Source: Candidatus Bathyarchaeia archaeon (GTDB lineage Archaea > Thermoproteota > Bathyarchaeia > Bathyarchaeales > Bathycorpusculaceae). From it: 64,000 bases of DNA. The notes beneath the pieces are model-generated. The model ran no database searches. It was not told where the DNA came from and saw only the letters and a list, made by a program, of their open reading frames with translations. The first letter of the stretch is position 1. The number at the start of each line of letters is the position of its first letter. The stretch spans positions 18,478 to 82,477 of the forward strand of contig JAVZLM010000009.1 in assembly GCA_038883775.1 (NCBI GenBank). The letters are read 5' to 3'. Of the stretch, positions 50,282-59,560 are shown piece by piece. The position numbers and the translations under genes were made by a program.

Positions 50282-50851
50282 GTGATGTTTATGCCAAAAG
50301 TTAAAGCCATAATAAATATCGAAAACGTTGTTGCTTCTGCAACATTAAACCAGAAAGTTGACTTAAACGCTGTTGTTAAGGGTTATCCAGGCGTAGAATA
50401 CCGTCCGGAACAGTTTCCAGGGCTGGTTTTTAGGCTTAAAAGACCGAAGACGGCGACTTTGATTTTTAATTCTGGGAAAATGGTTTGCACCGGAGCCAAA
50501 TCAGAGAAAGAAGCGCGGAGAGCAGTTATGAAGGTTATTAAGGAGTTGAAGAAGGGTGGAATAATAATCATTAGCAAGCCTGAACTAAAAATACAAAATA
50601 TTGTGGCTTCTGCAGGCTTAGGTGGAATGATAGACTTAGAAAAGGCAGCTGCCACCCTTGGAAAAACAATGTATGAACCAGAACAGTTTCCAGGCTTGAT
50701 TTATAGGATGGATGAGCCAAAAGTGGTTATACTATTGTTTGCAAGCGGAAAACTTGTCTGCACAGGAGCCAAAAGAGAACAAGACGTTTATGACGCTGTC
50801 CACAAACTTCACAAAATATTGGAAGAACAGGAGCTAATATTCTACGAGTAA
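50282..50851 (+). CDS. tbp: TATA-box-binding protein
   Basis: Two repeats NVVAS...EY.PEQFPGL..R...LIF.SGK.VCTGAK; true start may be ATG 50291. Confidence 0.97.
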   Translation: MMFMPKVKAIINIENVVASATLNQKVDLNAVVKGYPGVEYRPEQFPGLVFRLKRPKTATLIFNSGKMVCTGAKSEKEARRAVMKVIKELKKGGIIIISKPELKIQNIVASAGLGGMIDLEKAAATLGKTMYEPEQFPGLIYRMDEPKVVILLFASGKLVCTGAKREQDVYDAVHKLHKILEEQELIFYE

Positions 50852-50874
50852 GGCCTTGAGCCTTATTCGCCTTT

Positions 50875-51504
50875 TCATCCCTTTTTAATTTGCCTCAAAA
50901 TAGTTTTTAATTGCTCCTCATCTATTGCTCCAATTTCGCATAGCCTATTTGCTATCTCACTAACCTTAAGCAAGGCATGAACCTTTATTCCGTTTTTTTC
51001 AAGTTTTTCTTTTCCGCCCTCTTCACGGTCTAAAAGCACAACGGCATCATTAACCACTCCACCCTCGGTTCTTATGGCTTTCGCTGCCTTTTTCAAAGAT
51101 AAACCCGTTGTGATTAAATCATCAATTAATAAGACTCGGTCTCCAGGCGCAATTATTCCCTCTATTCTTCTTTGTCTTCCATGAAGGCGAATGTCTTTGC
51201 GGATGTAAAGGAAGGGTTTCTTTAAATGGTAAGCAATCAGAGAGGCAAAGGGTATTCCAGCAATGGGAATTCCAGCTATTCTTTCAAAGTTTTCTGTGCC
51301 AATTTCCGCTTTAATGAAGCCTAAATAAAAATCGCAGATTCTGTGGAAGGCATCTGGGAAGCTTGGTATAACTCTCAGGTCTATGTAGTAGGGGCTTATT
51401 TTTCCACTGGTGAGCTTGAAAGCTCCAAATTGAAGGGCATCTATCTTTTTTAATATTTTGCAGATTTCAACCTTAACGTTTTTGCTTTCTTCCATGGACA
51501 ACAT
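50875..51504 (-). CDS. pyrE: Orotate phosphoribosyltransferase
   Basis: FG.FKLTSGKISPYYIDLR, LLIDDLITTG PRPP motif, DRE. Confidence 0.92.
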   Translation of the reverse strand: MLSMEESKNVKVEICKILKKIDALQFGAFKLTSGKISPYYIDLRVIPSFPDAFHRICDFYLGFIKAEIGTENFERIAGIPIAGIPFASLIAYHLKKPFLYIRKDIRLHGRQRRIEGIIAPGDRVLLIDDLITTGLSLKKAAKAIRTEGGVVNDAVVLLDREEGGKEKLEKNGIKVHALLKVSEIANRLCEIGAIDEEQLKTILRQIKKG

Positions 51505-51505
51505 T

Positions 51506-52198
51506 TCACGTCCGCTTGGAAATCTGGTATATTTTGCCAACCTCCGGAACCAGACAAGTGATTTTTGGCATCTCCTTCTTCAAAATTTCAGCGAACTTCT
51601 TTTGGTCCGCCGCCGAACCCGTATGATAGGGAACGGCAACTTTTGGCTTTGTTAACCTTGCAATCTCAGCACCTGTTTCTGGAGATGTCCCAGGCGCAAT
51701 TCCAACGGTGCAGAAGACAACATCAAATTTTTCTTTTTCGCCTATGGCAGCCATTTCTGGGAATGGTAGGCTGTCTGCTGTGTGAAAGATTTTAACTCCA
51801 TCCTCGCTTGTGATTATGAAGGAGATAGGTGTGGCTGCAGGCGGATGATTACATTTTTCACCCTTTATTGAAACTCCGCCAAGTTTAACTTCTGAACCAG
51901 GCTGGATTTCTTGCAATTTTTCTGGGGCAACAACATTTCGCAATCTTTTAGCGGATGTGGGGTCAGCCACAACCACACATAACGTGTTCTTGTGGATTTC
52001 TGAGATTAGGGCTTGATCTAAATGGTCATAGTGTTCATGGCTGATTAAAATTGCATCCACACTTTTGAAAGTGCGGGATTTGACTTCTACAGGGTCTATT
52101 ACGAGGGTTTTTGATGGAGTTTTGATGGTTACTCCAGCATAACGATTAAACCACGCAAACAAGATTTCATTTTTTGCAGGGGTTTTTTCAATAGCCAT
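51506..52198 (-). CDS. MBL-fold metallo-hydrolase (UlaG-like)
   Basis: IDP, ISHEHYDH, FHTADS, VPYH. Confidence 0.85.
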   Translation of the reverse strand: MAIEKTPAKNEILFAWFNRYAGVTIKTPSKTLVIDPVEVKSRTFKSVDAILISHEHYDHLDQALISEIHKNTLCVVVADPTSAKRLRNVVAPEKLQEIQPGSEVKLGGVSIKGEKCNHPPAATPISFIITSEDGVKIFHTADSLPFPEMAAIGEKEKFDVVFCTVGIAPGTSPETGAEIARLTKPKVAVPYHTGSAADQKKFAEILKKEMPKITCLVPEVGKIYQISKRT

Positions 52199-52308
52199 AT
52201 CCGATTCCTCCAGCTAATTATTATGCGCTTTAGTTTTAAAGAACTTGCTGTTTCGATAAGGCTTAATAGTTGCTGCTTATGTGTTTTCATACTTAAGAGT
52301 GATGCCTA

Positions 52309-53583
52309 ATGGTTGACGTTTGGCTTCCATACGGAAAAACAGAAGTGTGCGCCAGAATTCCAACAAGAAACTTTCTGGGCACAATTGAGCCAAGGGAAAA
52401 GCCAGGTGTGCCAGACGCTAAGGCAGAGATTGAAAGGGCTTTAAAAGAGCCTATCGGCTCTAAAAGGCTAAGCGAAATTGTTAAGCCGGGAAATAAGGTG
52501 GTGATTGTTGTTGATGATGCAACTAGACCCGCACCAAGCCACCTTATGGTTCCAGCATTGTTGGATGAGTTGGATGCGGCTGGCGTTAAAGACGAAAACA
52601 TAACAATCATTTTTGGCTGTGGAGGGCACAGGGCTGTTACAAGGGAAGAAGCCCTTAGCCTTTTAGGAGAAGCCGTTCTTAAACGTGTAAAAACTGTGAG
52701 CCATGATTCTAAGGCGCAAGACCTTGTTTATGTTGGCACAACACAGAAGTATGGAACAAAGGTTTACTTGAACCGCATTTTCGCAGAGGCTGACGTAAAA
52801 ATTTTGACAGGCGATGTTTGTTTTCATTATTATGCTGGTTATGGCGGAGGAAGAAAAAGCGTTTTGCCAGCAGTTTCAGGCGAAGAAACAATAAAACACA
52901 ATCATGTCATGCTTTTGCATCCAAACGCAAAAACTGGAGTTTTAAATGGAAATCCAGTCCACGAGGACATGGTTGAAGCGGCAAAACTGGCTAAAGTAGA
53001 TTTCATTTTAAATGTTGTAATGAATAGTAAAAGGGAAATTGTGAGGGCTTTTGCAGGCGATTTGGAACAAGCCTTCTACGAAGGCGTAAAGGTTGTGGAT
53101 GAAATGTATCGCATCTCAGTAGACCGCAGAGCAGACATAGTTGTTGTTAGCCCTGGCGGACATCCAGTTGACATAAACCTTTTCCAAGCCTACAAGGGTG
53201 TTGACAGCGCCCTTGAAGTTGTTAGACGTGGAGGTGTAATAATTTTGGTGGCTGAATGTCCCGAGGGGCATGGAAGTCAAGTTTTTTATGATTGGATGGT
53301 CAAGTTTAAAGATTTGAAGGCGATGGAGAGGGAAATTAGGAACAATTTTGTTTTGGGTGGACACAAAGCCTATTATTTGTTGAAGGCTTTGCAAAAGGTT
53401 CAGATAATTTTGGTTTCAACAATGCCAGACTATTACGCCACAAACATCTTTAAATTGAAGACCGCCAGAGCCGTGAACGATGCATTAAATGAAGCTTTCA
53501 GCATCGCAGGAAAAAATGCAAGGGTTTGGGCAATGCCATATGGAAACTTTACATTGCCAGAAGTTAAGGCAACTGAAGAGTAA
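52309..53583 (+). CDS. larA: Nickel-pincer-dependent lactate racemase family protein
   Basis: DDATRP, GGHR, HYYAGYGGGRKS.LP, GG.P.DINLFQAYK, ECPEG.G. Confidence 0.88.
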   Translation: MVDVWLPYGKTEVCARIPTRNFLGTIEPREKPGVPDAKAEIERALKEPIGSKRLSEIVKPGNKVVIVVDDATRPAPSHLMVPALLDELDAAGVKDENITIIFGCGGHRAVTREEALSLLGEAVLKRVKTVSHDSKAQDLVYVGTTQKYGTKVYLNRIFAEADVKILTGDVCFHYYAGYGGGRKSVLPAVSGEETIKHNHVMLLHPNAKTGVLNGNPVHEDMVEAAKLAKVDFILNVVMNSKREIVRAFAGDLEQAFYEGVKVVDEMYRISVDRRADIVVVSPGGHPVDINLFQAYKGVDSALEVVRRGGVIILVAECPEGHGSQVFYDWMVKFKDLKAMEREIRNNFVLGGHKAYYLLKALQKVQIILVSTMPDYYATNIFKLKTARAVNDALNEAFSIAGKNARVWAMPYGNFTLPEVKATEE

Positions 53584-53644
53584 AACTCAAAAGGATTAAA
53601 TCTTAGTCTAAAGTTTATGCATTAAAAAGTGTGGAGAAGAAAAC

Positions 53645-54121
53645 TTGCAGCAAACATTCAAACTGCGAAAATTCACGATGGACGACCTTCAAAAAGTAAT
53701 GCACATAAACCGAGTTTGTTTGCCAGAAAACTATACTGATTACTTTTTCATAGAACTTCATCAAAGATTCCCAGAAACTTTTATTGTGGCAGAGGAAGAC
53801 GGCGAGGTTGTTGGTTACATAATGTGTCGTATTGAGTTTGGTTTATCAAATTTCGGTTTCAGCGGATTACTGAGAAAGGGGCATATTGTTTCAGTGGCTG
53901 TTCTACAACAGTATAGACGTAAAGGAATAGGAAAAGCTCTGGTTGCTCAAGCCCTGGAGAACATGCGCATATACAATGCGAAACAATGCTTTTTGGAAGT
54001 TAGAGTTACCAACACTCCAGCTATTGAGCTTTATAAGAAGTTGGGTTTTGAAATAACCCGCACAATTCATGGATATTACTCTGATGGCGAAGACGCCTAT
54101 GTTATGACACGAAAACTTTAG
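53645..54121 (+). CDS. N-terminal acetyltransferase (Ard1/RimI family)
   Basis: INRVCLPENY, GHIVSVAV..YRRKGIG, LEVRVTN..A..LY, YYSDGEDAY. Confidence 0.9.
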   Translation: MQQTFKLRKFTMDDLQKVMHINRVCLPENYTDYFFIELHQRFPETFIVAEEDGEVVGYIMCRIEFGLSNFGFSGLLRKGHIVSVAVLQQYRRKGIGKALVAQALENMRIYNAKQCFLEVRVTNTPAIELYKKLGFEITRTIHGYYSDGEDAYVMTRKL

Positions 54122-54555
54122 ATTTGCAGTTTTTCCGCCTTCTCATTTAGAAAGTTTATGGCTTGAAATACGGATTTTGCAAACCCAAACAAGCTTATAA
54201 GGGTGATGATGGCGATTAATGGGCGAAAGTCAACAGTCAAACTTAAATTTTGATACGCTATGTCAAACATTCCGCCCTTCAATGAAAGAATTAGATAGCA
54301 TATAACAAACAAAGCCTTGGCAGCATCAAAAAAGTGTTTAAAAATTGTTCCAGAGGTGAGGTCTCCAACAATAATCAGAATTATGTATACTATGACAAAA
54401 GTTTCAATTATCTGTTGAAAGCCGGGAATTAGTTGTGAGATGGGAGCTAGAAACATCCATACGAAGAGGTATGCCACATAAAAGAGAGTTCCCTTCACAG
54501 TCGCCTTTAAGGCTTTAAATATCATTTGCCTAAGCTTGGTTTTGTTATCTGCCAT
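54118..54555 (-). CDS. Four-TM membrane protein, unknown function
   Basis: Hydrophobic helices; overlaps the upstream gene. Confidence 0.7.
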   Translation of the reverse strand: MADNKTKLRQMIFKALKATVKGTLFYVAYLFVWMFLAPISQLIPGFQQIIETFVIVYIILIIVGDLTSGTIFKHFFDAAKALFVICYLILSLKGGMFDIAYQNLSLTVDFRPLIAIITLISLFGFAKSVFQAINFLNEKAEKLQI

Positions 54556-55327
54556 AGGGAATCACCAAGTTTTCATAATTGAAAAGAGGAGTCAAAATGG
54601 AAACGCTAAAGTAGCCATCATCAGTCACCTCGTCGCTTAAAACATAAAATTCTACAAATCCATCAAAGAAGGATTGTGGCGGGACGTTTATGGAAATTTG
54701 TCCTTCGTCTAACAGGCGGCTGGCGTTGTTATACATTTTTATTTTCATATCTCCAACCACATCAAAGAAGGCGTGATTCTCAAAACTTATGGGTAAATTG
54801 ACTCGAAAATGTGTTAAGTTAGCCGCTACGTATTGAGGGTGTCCTAAAACAAAATTGTATAGAGGTGCGCCCCATGGCATGGAATGGTTTGTTAAGGCTT
54901 GAATTGGAATCAAATCAGCAATAACCATGCTAACTGTCTCCAAAATTTCTAATTCTGTATCATTAAACAGGAAATTCTGGTTATACTGAAGAAGCAAATT
55001 AATATCGATGGTAACGTTGTGCGTTACAGTTGCCTCTTCATCCTTATTTATAATTGGTATGAAGGTTGTCCCATTTGCAATGAGGAAGTTTTCTGCACTT
55101 GAAATTTTTGTTGTTAGGTTAAAATAACGGAGGCTATAGAGTCCATTGTTTGTAATTGTCAAAGGAATAGATAGGAGTATTTTATTATCTGCTGTTACGT
55201 TCATCTGTGGCTCGCCAAAATCAAAATGTAAATCTTTAACAGAGTAGACTGCGGAAACGAAAAAGGCGATTAGGAAAATCCAGAAAAATGTTGTAGTTAT
55301 TCCTATCATTCGAATTGGTATTTGCAT
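54545..55327 (-). CDS. Membrane-anchored protein with two LEA14/Ig-like beta domains
   Basis: N-terminal TM, ITNNGLY and FENHAFFD repeats. Confidence 0.65.
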   Translation of the reverse strand: MQIPIRMIGITTTFFWIFLIAFFVSAVYSVKDLHFDFGEPQMNVTADNKILLSIPLTITNNGLYSLRYFNLTTKISSAENFLIANGTTFIPIINKDEEATVTHNVTIDINLLLQYNQNFLFNDTELEILETVSMVIADLIPIQALTNHSMPWGAPLYNFVLGHPQYVAANLTHFRVNLPISFENHAFFDVVGDMKIKMYNNASRLLDEGQISINVPPQSFFDGFVEFYVLSDEVTDDGYFSVSILTPLFNYENLVIPYGR

Positions 55328-55354
55328 ATCGCTCCTTTTCCGGGCATGCTAAAT

Positions 55355-55843
55355 TTACTGTTGAGAATTGTTTTGCTGAGGTTGTTTTGGCTCGGGTGGT
55401 GGTTGCGAAATTTGTTCTGGTGGTATAACAACCATTTCTGGTTCTTGAGGCTTAACCTCTTCTTTGGGCTTTTCAGCTTTTGGTTTTTCAGCCTTTGCCT
55501 TCTGTGGCTGAGGTTGTGGTTGTGGCTTCTGTTCTGGTATAACTTCTTTTTGCGGAGCTGCTGGCGTGATTTGTGGTGCATGAGCTATTATTGTAACACC
55601 CCTTATCGTCAATAATGAGCCTATCCAACCCATAACGCCTAGATACATTATGCGAACGCAGGTGGCAATCAAGGGAGCCAAGGCTTCGCCAAAAGTTTTC
55701 ACAAGGTCTTCTGAAGCCATTATAGATAGACTTTGGGTCAGGAATCCATAGGCGCTTATGAAAGTGAATACTAAGAGGGCTACGCCTATCATGAGGACAG
55801 TTATTCCGGAAAGGGCTATTTTTTCTTTGAAGGTTTTGAACAT
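55355..55843 (-). CDS. Two-TM membrane protein with Pro/Gln/Lys-rich disordered tail
   Basis: Two TMs then KPQPQPQPQKAKAEKPKAEKP. Confidence 0.7.
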   Translation of the reverse strand: MFKTFKEKIALSGITVLMIGVALLVFTFISAYGFLTQSLSIMASEDLVKTFGEALAPLIATCVRIMYLGVMGWIGSLLTIRGVTIIAHAPQITPAAPQKEVIPEQKPQPQPQPQKAKAEKPKAEKPKEEVKPQEPEMVVIPPEQISQPPPEPKQPQQNNSQQ

Positions 55844-55961
55844 GGGTTTGCCTCGTTTTTAGTGAGTGTAAAGCTTGAATATTAAATCTTCCGATACATT
55901 AAACAGAATCTAAATTAGCTATCAAAAATCCAAAATAAAAATACAAAAATAATAAGGTAAA

Positions 55962-56567
55962 TTATTGCGTCAAGCCAAGTTTCTGATAAATCTTCTGCTT
56001 GTTCTCCTCAACTTTTTTGGCAACATCCAAGAACACATTGTTTCCATGAGAGTCTATGGCAACAGCCAAAGGACCAAAATCCTCAACCTCAAAAATCCAA
56101 AGGGCTTCCGGTGTTCCCAAATCAAGCCACTCAACACTTTTTACGTTTTTGATGGCTTTCGCAGCTAATATTGCGGCTCCACCGGTGAAGGCGCCATAAA
56201 CAGCGCCGTATTTTGCCATGGCATCCGTTGTTTTCTTACCCATTCCACCCTTGCCGATAACCACTCGCACTTTAAAGTTTTTTATGAACTCATCCTCGAA
56301 AATGTCCATTCTCGTGCTCGTTGTTGGGCCAGCAGCAACAGCAACCCACTTATCGCCTTCTTTGCTTACAACTGGACCGCAATGGAAAACTGCTAAGCCT
56401 TCAAGGTTTATGGGTAAAGCTTTTCCTTGTTTAAAATATTCTAAGGCTCTTCTGTGGGCTTGGTCTCTGGCGGTTACAATTGTTCCTGTTATGTAAATTA
56501 CATCATTCACTTTTAACTTGCGAATTTCTTCTTCAGAAATTGGTGTTTTAAGTTTGTAAACAGCCAT
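55962..56567 (-). CDS. Class I fumarate hydratase/tartrate dehydratase beta subunit
   Basis: TARDQAH, HCGP, GPTTSTRM, IGKGG, DSHGN. Confidence 0.92.
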   Translation of the reverse strand: MAVYKLKTPISEEEIRKLKVNDVIYITGTIVTARDQAHRRALEYFKQGKALPINLEGLAVFHCGPVVSKEGDKWVAVAAGPTTSTRMDIFEDEFIKNFKVRVVIGKGGMGKKTTDAMAKYGAVYGAFTGGAAILAAKAIKNVKSVEWLDLGTPEALWIFEVEDFGPLAVAIDSHGNNVFLDVAKKVEENKQKIYQKLGLTQ

Positions 56568-56581
56568 CCTTTCTCACCTCA

Positions 56582-57463
56582 CTACTTCATTTTATGCGTT
56601 AAATATTCAACGGTTCCGTCCGCATTAATCCTTGCAGTGGCTCTTCTGGCAGCCCAACAGTTGAAGGCGACAGCCGCTGGAAAGGATGCTGGATGCCTAT
56701 AAGCGTAATCGATGTGTACGCCAAGCACTGTGGTTTTTCCACCCAAGCCCATAGGACCAATTCCAGTCATATTCGCAGCTTCAAATATCTCCTTTTCAAG
56801 TTTAGCAATTTCAGGGTTTGGATTAGGTTCATTTAAAGGTCTAAGAAGAGCCTTTTTTGCAAGTTTCATGGCTATGTCGCTTCCGCCACCCATAGCAACG
56901 CCGAGAATTGTGGGTGGGCAAGGCTGAGCCCCAGCTTTTATGACAGCATCTATAACAAACTTTTTCAGTCCATTTATTCCCTCGCCTGGGACAAGCATGC
57001 CAGTTAAACAAACGTTTTCTGAACCGCCTCCCTTAGTCATGACGGTTAATTCTATGTTTTCGCCAGATACGATTTCCCAGTTTATGTATGGTATTAGACG
57101 TCCAGTGTTGTCTCCGCTGTTCTTTTGTGTGAATGGGTCAACGGCGTTTGGGCGGAGCGGTATATCTTTTGTGGCTCTGCGCACAGCCTTTGTTAATGGC
57201 TCTTCTATTTTGTCAAGGTTTTTTGCTTCAGCTCCAGCCTTAACATAGAATATTATAGTGCCAGTGTCTTGGCATACTGGCGCCTGATATTTCTCGGCTA
57301 ACTCAATATTGTCAAGAATTGCTTTCAACTGGGTCTTGCCAGCTTCGCTTGTTTCTTCAGCATAAGCCTTTTTTAAGGCTTGTTTTACGTCTTCTGGCAA
57401 GTATATGACTGCTTGTTTTAGTATGTTAAAGGCAACATCCTCAATAATTTTCGCCATATCCAT
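56582..57463 (-). CDS. Class I fumarate hydratase/tartrate dehydratase alpha subunit
   Basis: CQDTG, KGGGSEN, PCPP, GIGPMGLGG, HPAS..A...CWA. Confidence 0.92.
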   Translation of the reverse strand: MDMAKIIEDVAFNILKQAVIYLPEDVKQALKKAYAEETSEAGKTQLKAILDNIELAEKYQAPVCQDTGTIIFYVKAGAEAKNLDKIEEPLTKAVRRATKDIPLRPNAVDPFTQKNSGDNTGRLIPYINWEIVSGENIELTVMTKGGGSENVCLTGMLVPGEGINGLKKFVIDAVIKAGAQPCPPTILGVAMGGGSDIAMKLAKKALLRPLNEPNPNPEIAKLEKEIFEAANMTGIGPMGLGGKTTVLGVHIDYAYRHPASFPAAVAFNCWAARRATARINADGTVEYLTHKMK

Positions 57464-57650
57464 ATTTTTCCCTTCTTTTGTCGGTTTTATGAAAAATTCA
57501 GCTACTTATATCTTGTCTCTTGTTAATTGCAAATTTAAGATTATTTTCACTTTAACTTACCTCTCCACGGAAAAGACGCTGACACACTTCGCTTGTTTTA
57601 AATATTGCTTAACCTAACTCTCTCATAAGTTGCAAAAGAGAGTGAACTAA

Positions 57651-58670
57651 GTGATGAGTGAGGAGGAAGAAAGGAAAAAAGAAGGCGCTGTTAAGAAGAA
57701 ATACGAGTTTTTGGAGGATTTGCCGGGCATAGGTCCAGCCACCGCCCAAAAATTGAGAGAGTTGGGCTTTCACACAGTTGAGTCTTTGGCTATGGCTACA
57801 GCCCGCGAGTTAGAACCAGCGGGAATAAGCGAGAAAAAGGCTTTTGCCATCATTGAAGCCGCCCGCTCCTCTATAAGCGTCTCCTTCATCAGGGCTGATG
57901 AACTTTTAAAAATGCGCCAAACCGTCTTGCGCTTAACTACAGGAAGCAAAGCCCTAGACAGAATTCTCGACGGCGGATTGGAAACTCAAACCATAACAGA
58001 ATTTTATGGCGAATATGGAAGCGGAAAAAGCCAGTTATGCCACCAATTATGCGTTAATGTTCAGTTGCCCCCAGAAAGGGGCGGCTTATCTGGCGCTGCA
58101 TTATACATAGACACAGAAAACACTTTTAGGACTGAAAGGATTGTGCAGATGTCCCGTCACTTGGGATTAGACCCAGAAGAGGTGGTTAAGAACATTATTT
58201 ATGCCGAAGCTTACACGTCTGACCATCAAATGTTTTTGTTAGATAATGTTGATGATGTGATAAAGCAAAATAACGTTAAACTCATCATCGTTGATTCCCT
58301 AACTGCCCATTTCAGAAGCGAATACCTCGGACGCGAAATGTTAGCTTCTAGGCAGCAGAAACTGAACAAGCACATGCACAAACTGATTCGTTTAGCAAGA
58401 GCCTTTAACCTCGTGGCTGTTGTGACAAATCAGGTTATGGCTAAGCCAGACATGTTTTTTGGTGACGCTGTGCATCCCGTTGGCGGTCACATTGTCGGAC
58501 ACACAAGCCACACACGTGTGTATCTTCGAAGGGCTGCCCATGGACCAGTGCGCATTGCCCGCTTGGTTTCTAGTCCTTATTTGCCTGAAGGTGAGGAAAT
58601 ATTTAAAATAACTGAAAACGGAATAGAAGACGTTTCCGAGGAAGAAAAGTCTAAGTCTCGTGGGCGTTGA
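57651..58670 (+). CDS. radA: DNA repair and recombination protein RadA
   Basis: N-terminal HhH, GEYGSGKSQ, IDTENTFR, DSLTAHFRSEY.GR, TNQV, PVGGH. Confidence 0.96.
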   Translation: MMSEEEERKKEGAVKKKYEFLEDLPGIGPATAQKLRELGFHTVESLAMATARELEPAGISEKKAFAIIEAARSSISVSFIRADELLKMRQTVLRLTTGSKALDRILDGGLETQTITEFYGEYGSGKSQLCHQLCVNVQLPPERGGLSGAALYIDTENTFRTERIVQMSRHLGLDPEEVVKNIIYAEAYTSDHQMFLLDNVDDVIKQNNVKLIIVDSLTAHFRSEYLGREMLASRQQKLNKHMHKLIRLARAFNLVAVVTNQVMAKPDMFFGDAVHPVGGHIVGHTSHTRVYLRRAAHGPVRIARLVSSPYLPEGEEIFKITENGIEDVSEEEKSKSRGR

Positions 58671-59131
58671 AGATGCCTATTCCAAGGATTTTGGTGATAC
58701 GGTATTTCCAGCTTTTAGTTAATAGACAGTTTGCCGAAGCGGAGCGGGAACTGGAAAAGATTAAACAGAAAATGCACAAAACAGAATGGAACAGAGGCTA
58801 TTTTAGAGGCTTATATGGGATGATGCTTGCCAGACGCTCAAATAACAATGACTCCTACGCATTTTTCTCGAGACTGAATTTAAATGATAAAGGAGCCTTA
58901 TACAGTTATAGGCGAGAGTTTTTGAATCATGTCAAAAATAGGCTTCATGGAGACTTTGACCGCGGATTTTTCTCAGCATGGGCTGACTGTATGCATGTGC
59001 TCAGCAGAATGGATTTTACAAATAATCCAAACATAAATAACATGGTCTCTTGTAAGGGAAGGCTGGAAACTTTAAAGGACGATGAAAAGCAAGCTACAAT
59101 CGAGAATTTTCTTGGAAAGAAGCCTAGATAG
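58667..59131 (+). CDS. Helical hypothetical protein coupled to radA, C-terminal PIP-box-like motif
   Basis: TTGA overlap with radA stop; two RG[YF][FY] helical repeats; QATIENFL near C-terminus. Confidence 0.7.
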   Translation: MKMPIPRILVIRYFQLLVNRQFAEAERELEKIKQKMHKTEWNRGYFRGLYGMMLARRSNNNDSYAFFSRLNLNDKGALYSYRREFLNHVKNRLHGDFDRGFFSAWADCMHVLSRMDFTNNPNINNMVSCKGRLETLKDDEKQATIENFLGKKPR

Positions 59132-59132
59132 G

Positions 59133-59444
59133 CTATGATGGCGGCGGCGGTCCAGCCATTATCGTGTAGAATAGAATCCAAAAAACAAGCCATGAAAGAA
59201 AGTATATGCCACCGCCCGTTGTGAAAATTTTCTGCGGTTTCTCCATTTTAGCCGCCCATTTAAACTTCATTAGGTAATAGGATATCACGTACACTATTAT
59301 TGCTATGCTTATACCGTTCAAAAAAATGTTATAGTCTACAACATCTGGCGGGACAACTCTTGCTTGCGTGTATGCTGTAGATGCTAAGGCTGCGATTATG
59401 CCAAGCAGCAGTTTAATCCAATATATTTTCTCTATAATCGTCAT
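59133..59444 (-). CDS. Three-TM membrane protein, EMC6-like
   Basis: Three helices; C-terminal IFTTGGGIYFLSWLVFWILFYT resembles the EMC6/Rab5ip last helix. Confidence 0.6.
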   Translation of the reverse strand: MTIIEKIYWIKLLLGIIAALASTAYTQARVVPPDVVDYNIFLNGISIAIIVYVISYYLMKFKWAAKMEKPQKIFTTGGGIYFLSWLVFWILFYTIMAGPPPPS

Positions 59445-59560
59445 AGCCTTTCAACGCCTTTCCATCTTATATTTAAGATTAGGATTTAAAAGTTGCTCAG
59501 CCTAACAACTTTTCAGCAAATTTTATTTCTGCAATGAACAGTTTATGTTTGGAGAAGTAT

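Noticed and set aside
55465-55530. Short tandem-like repeats
   Set aside because: Explained by PQPQPQ / KAEKP low-complexity coding sequence
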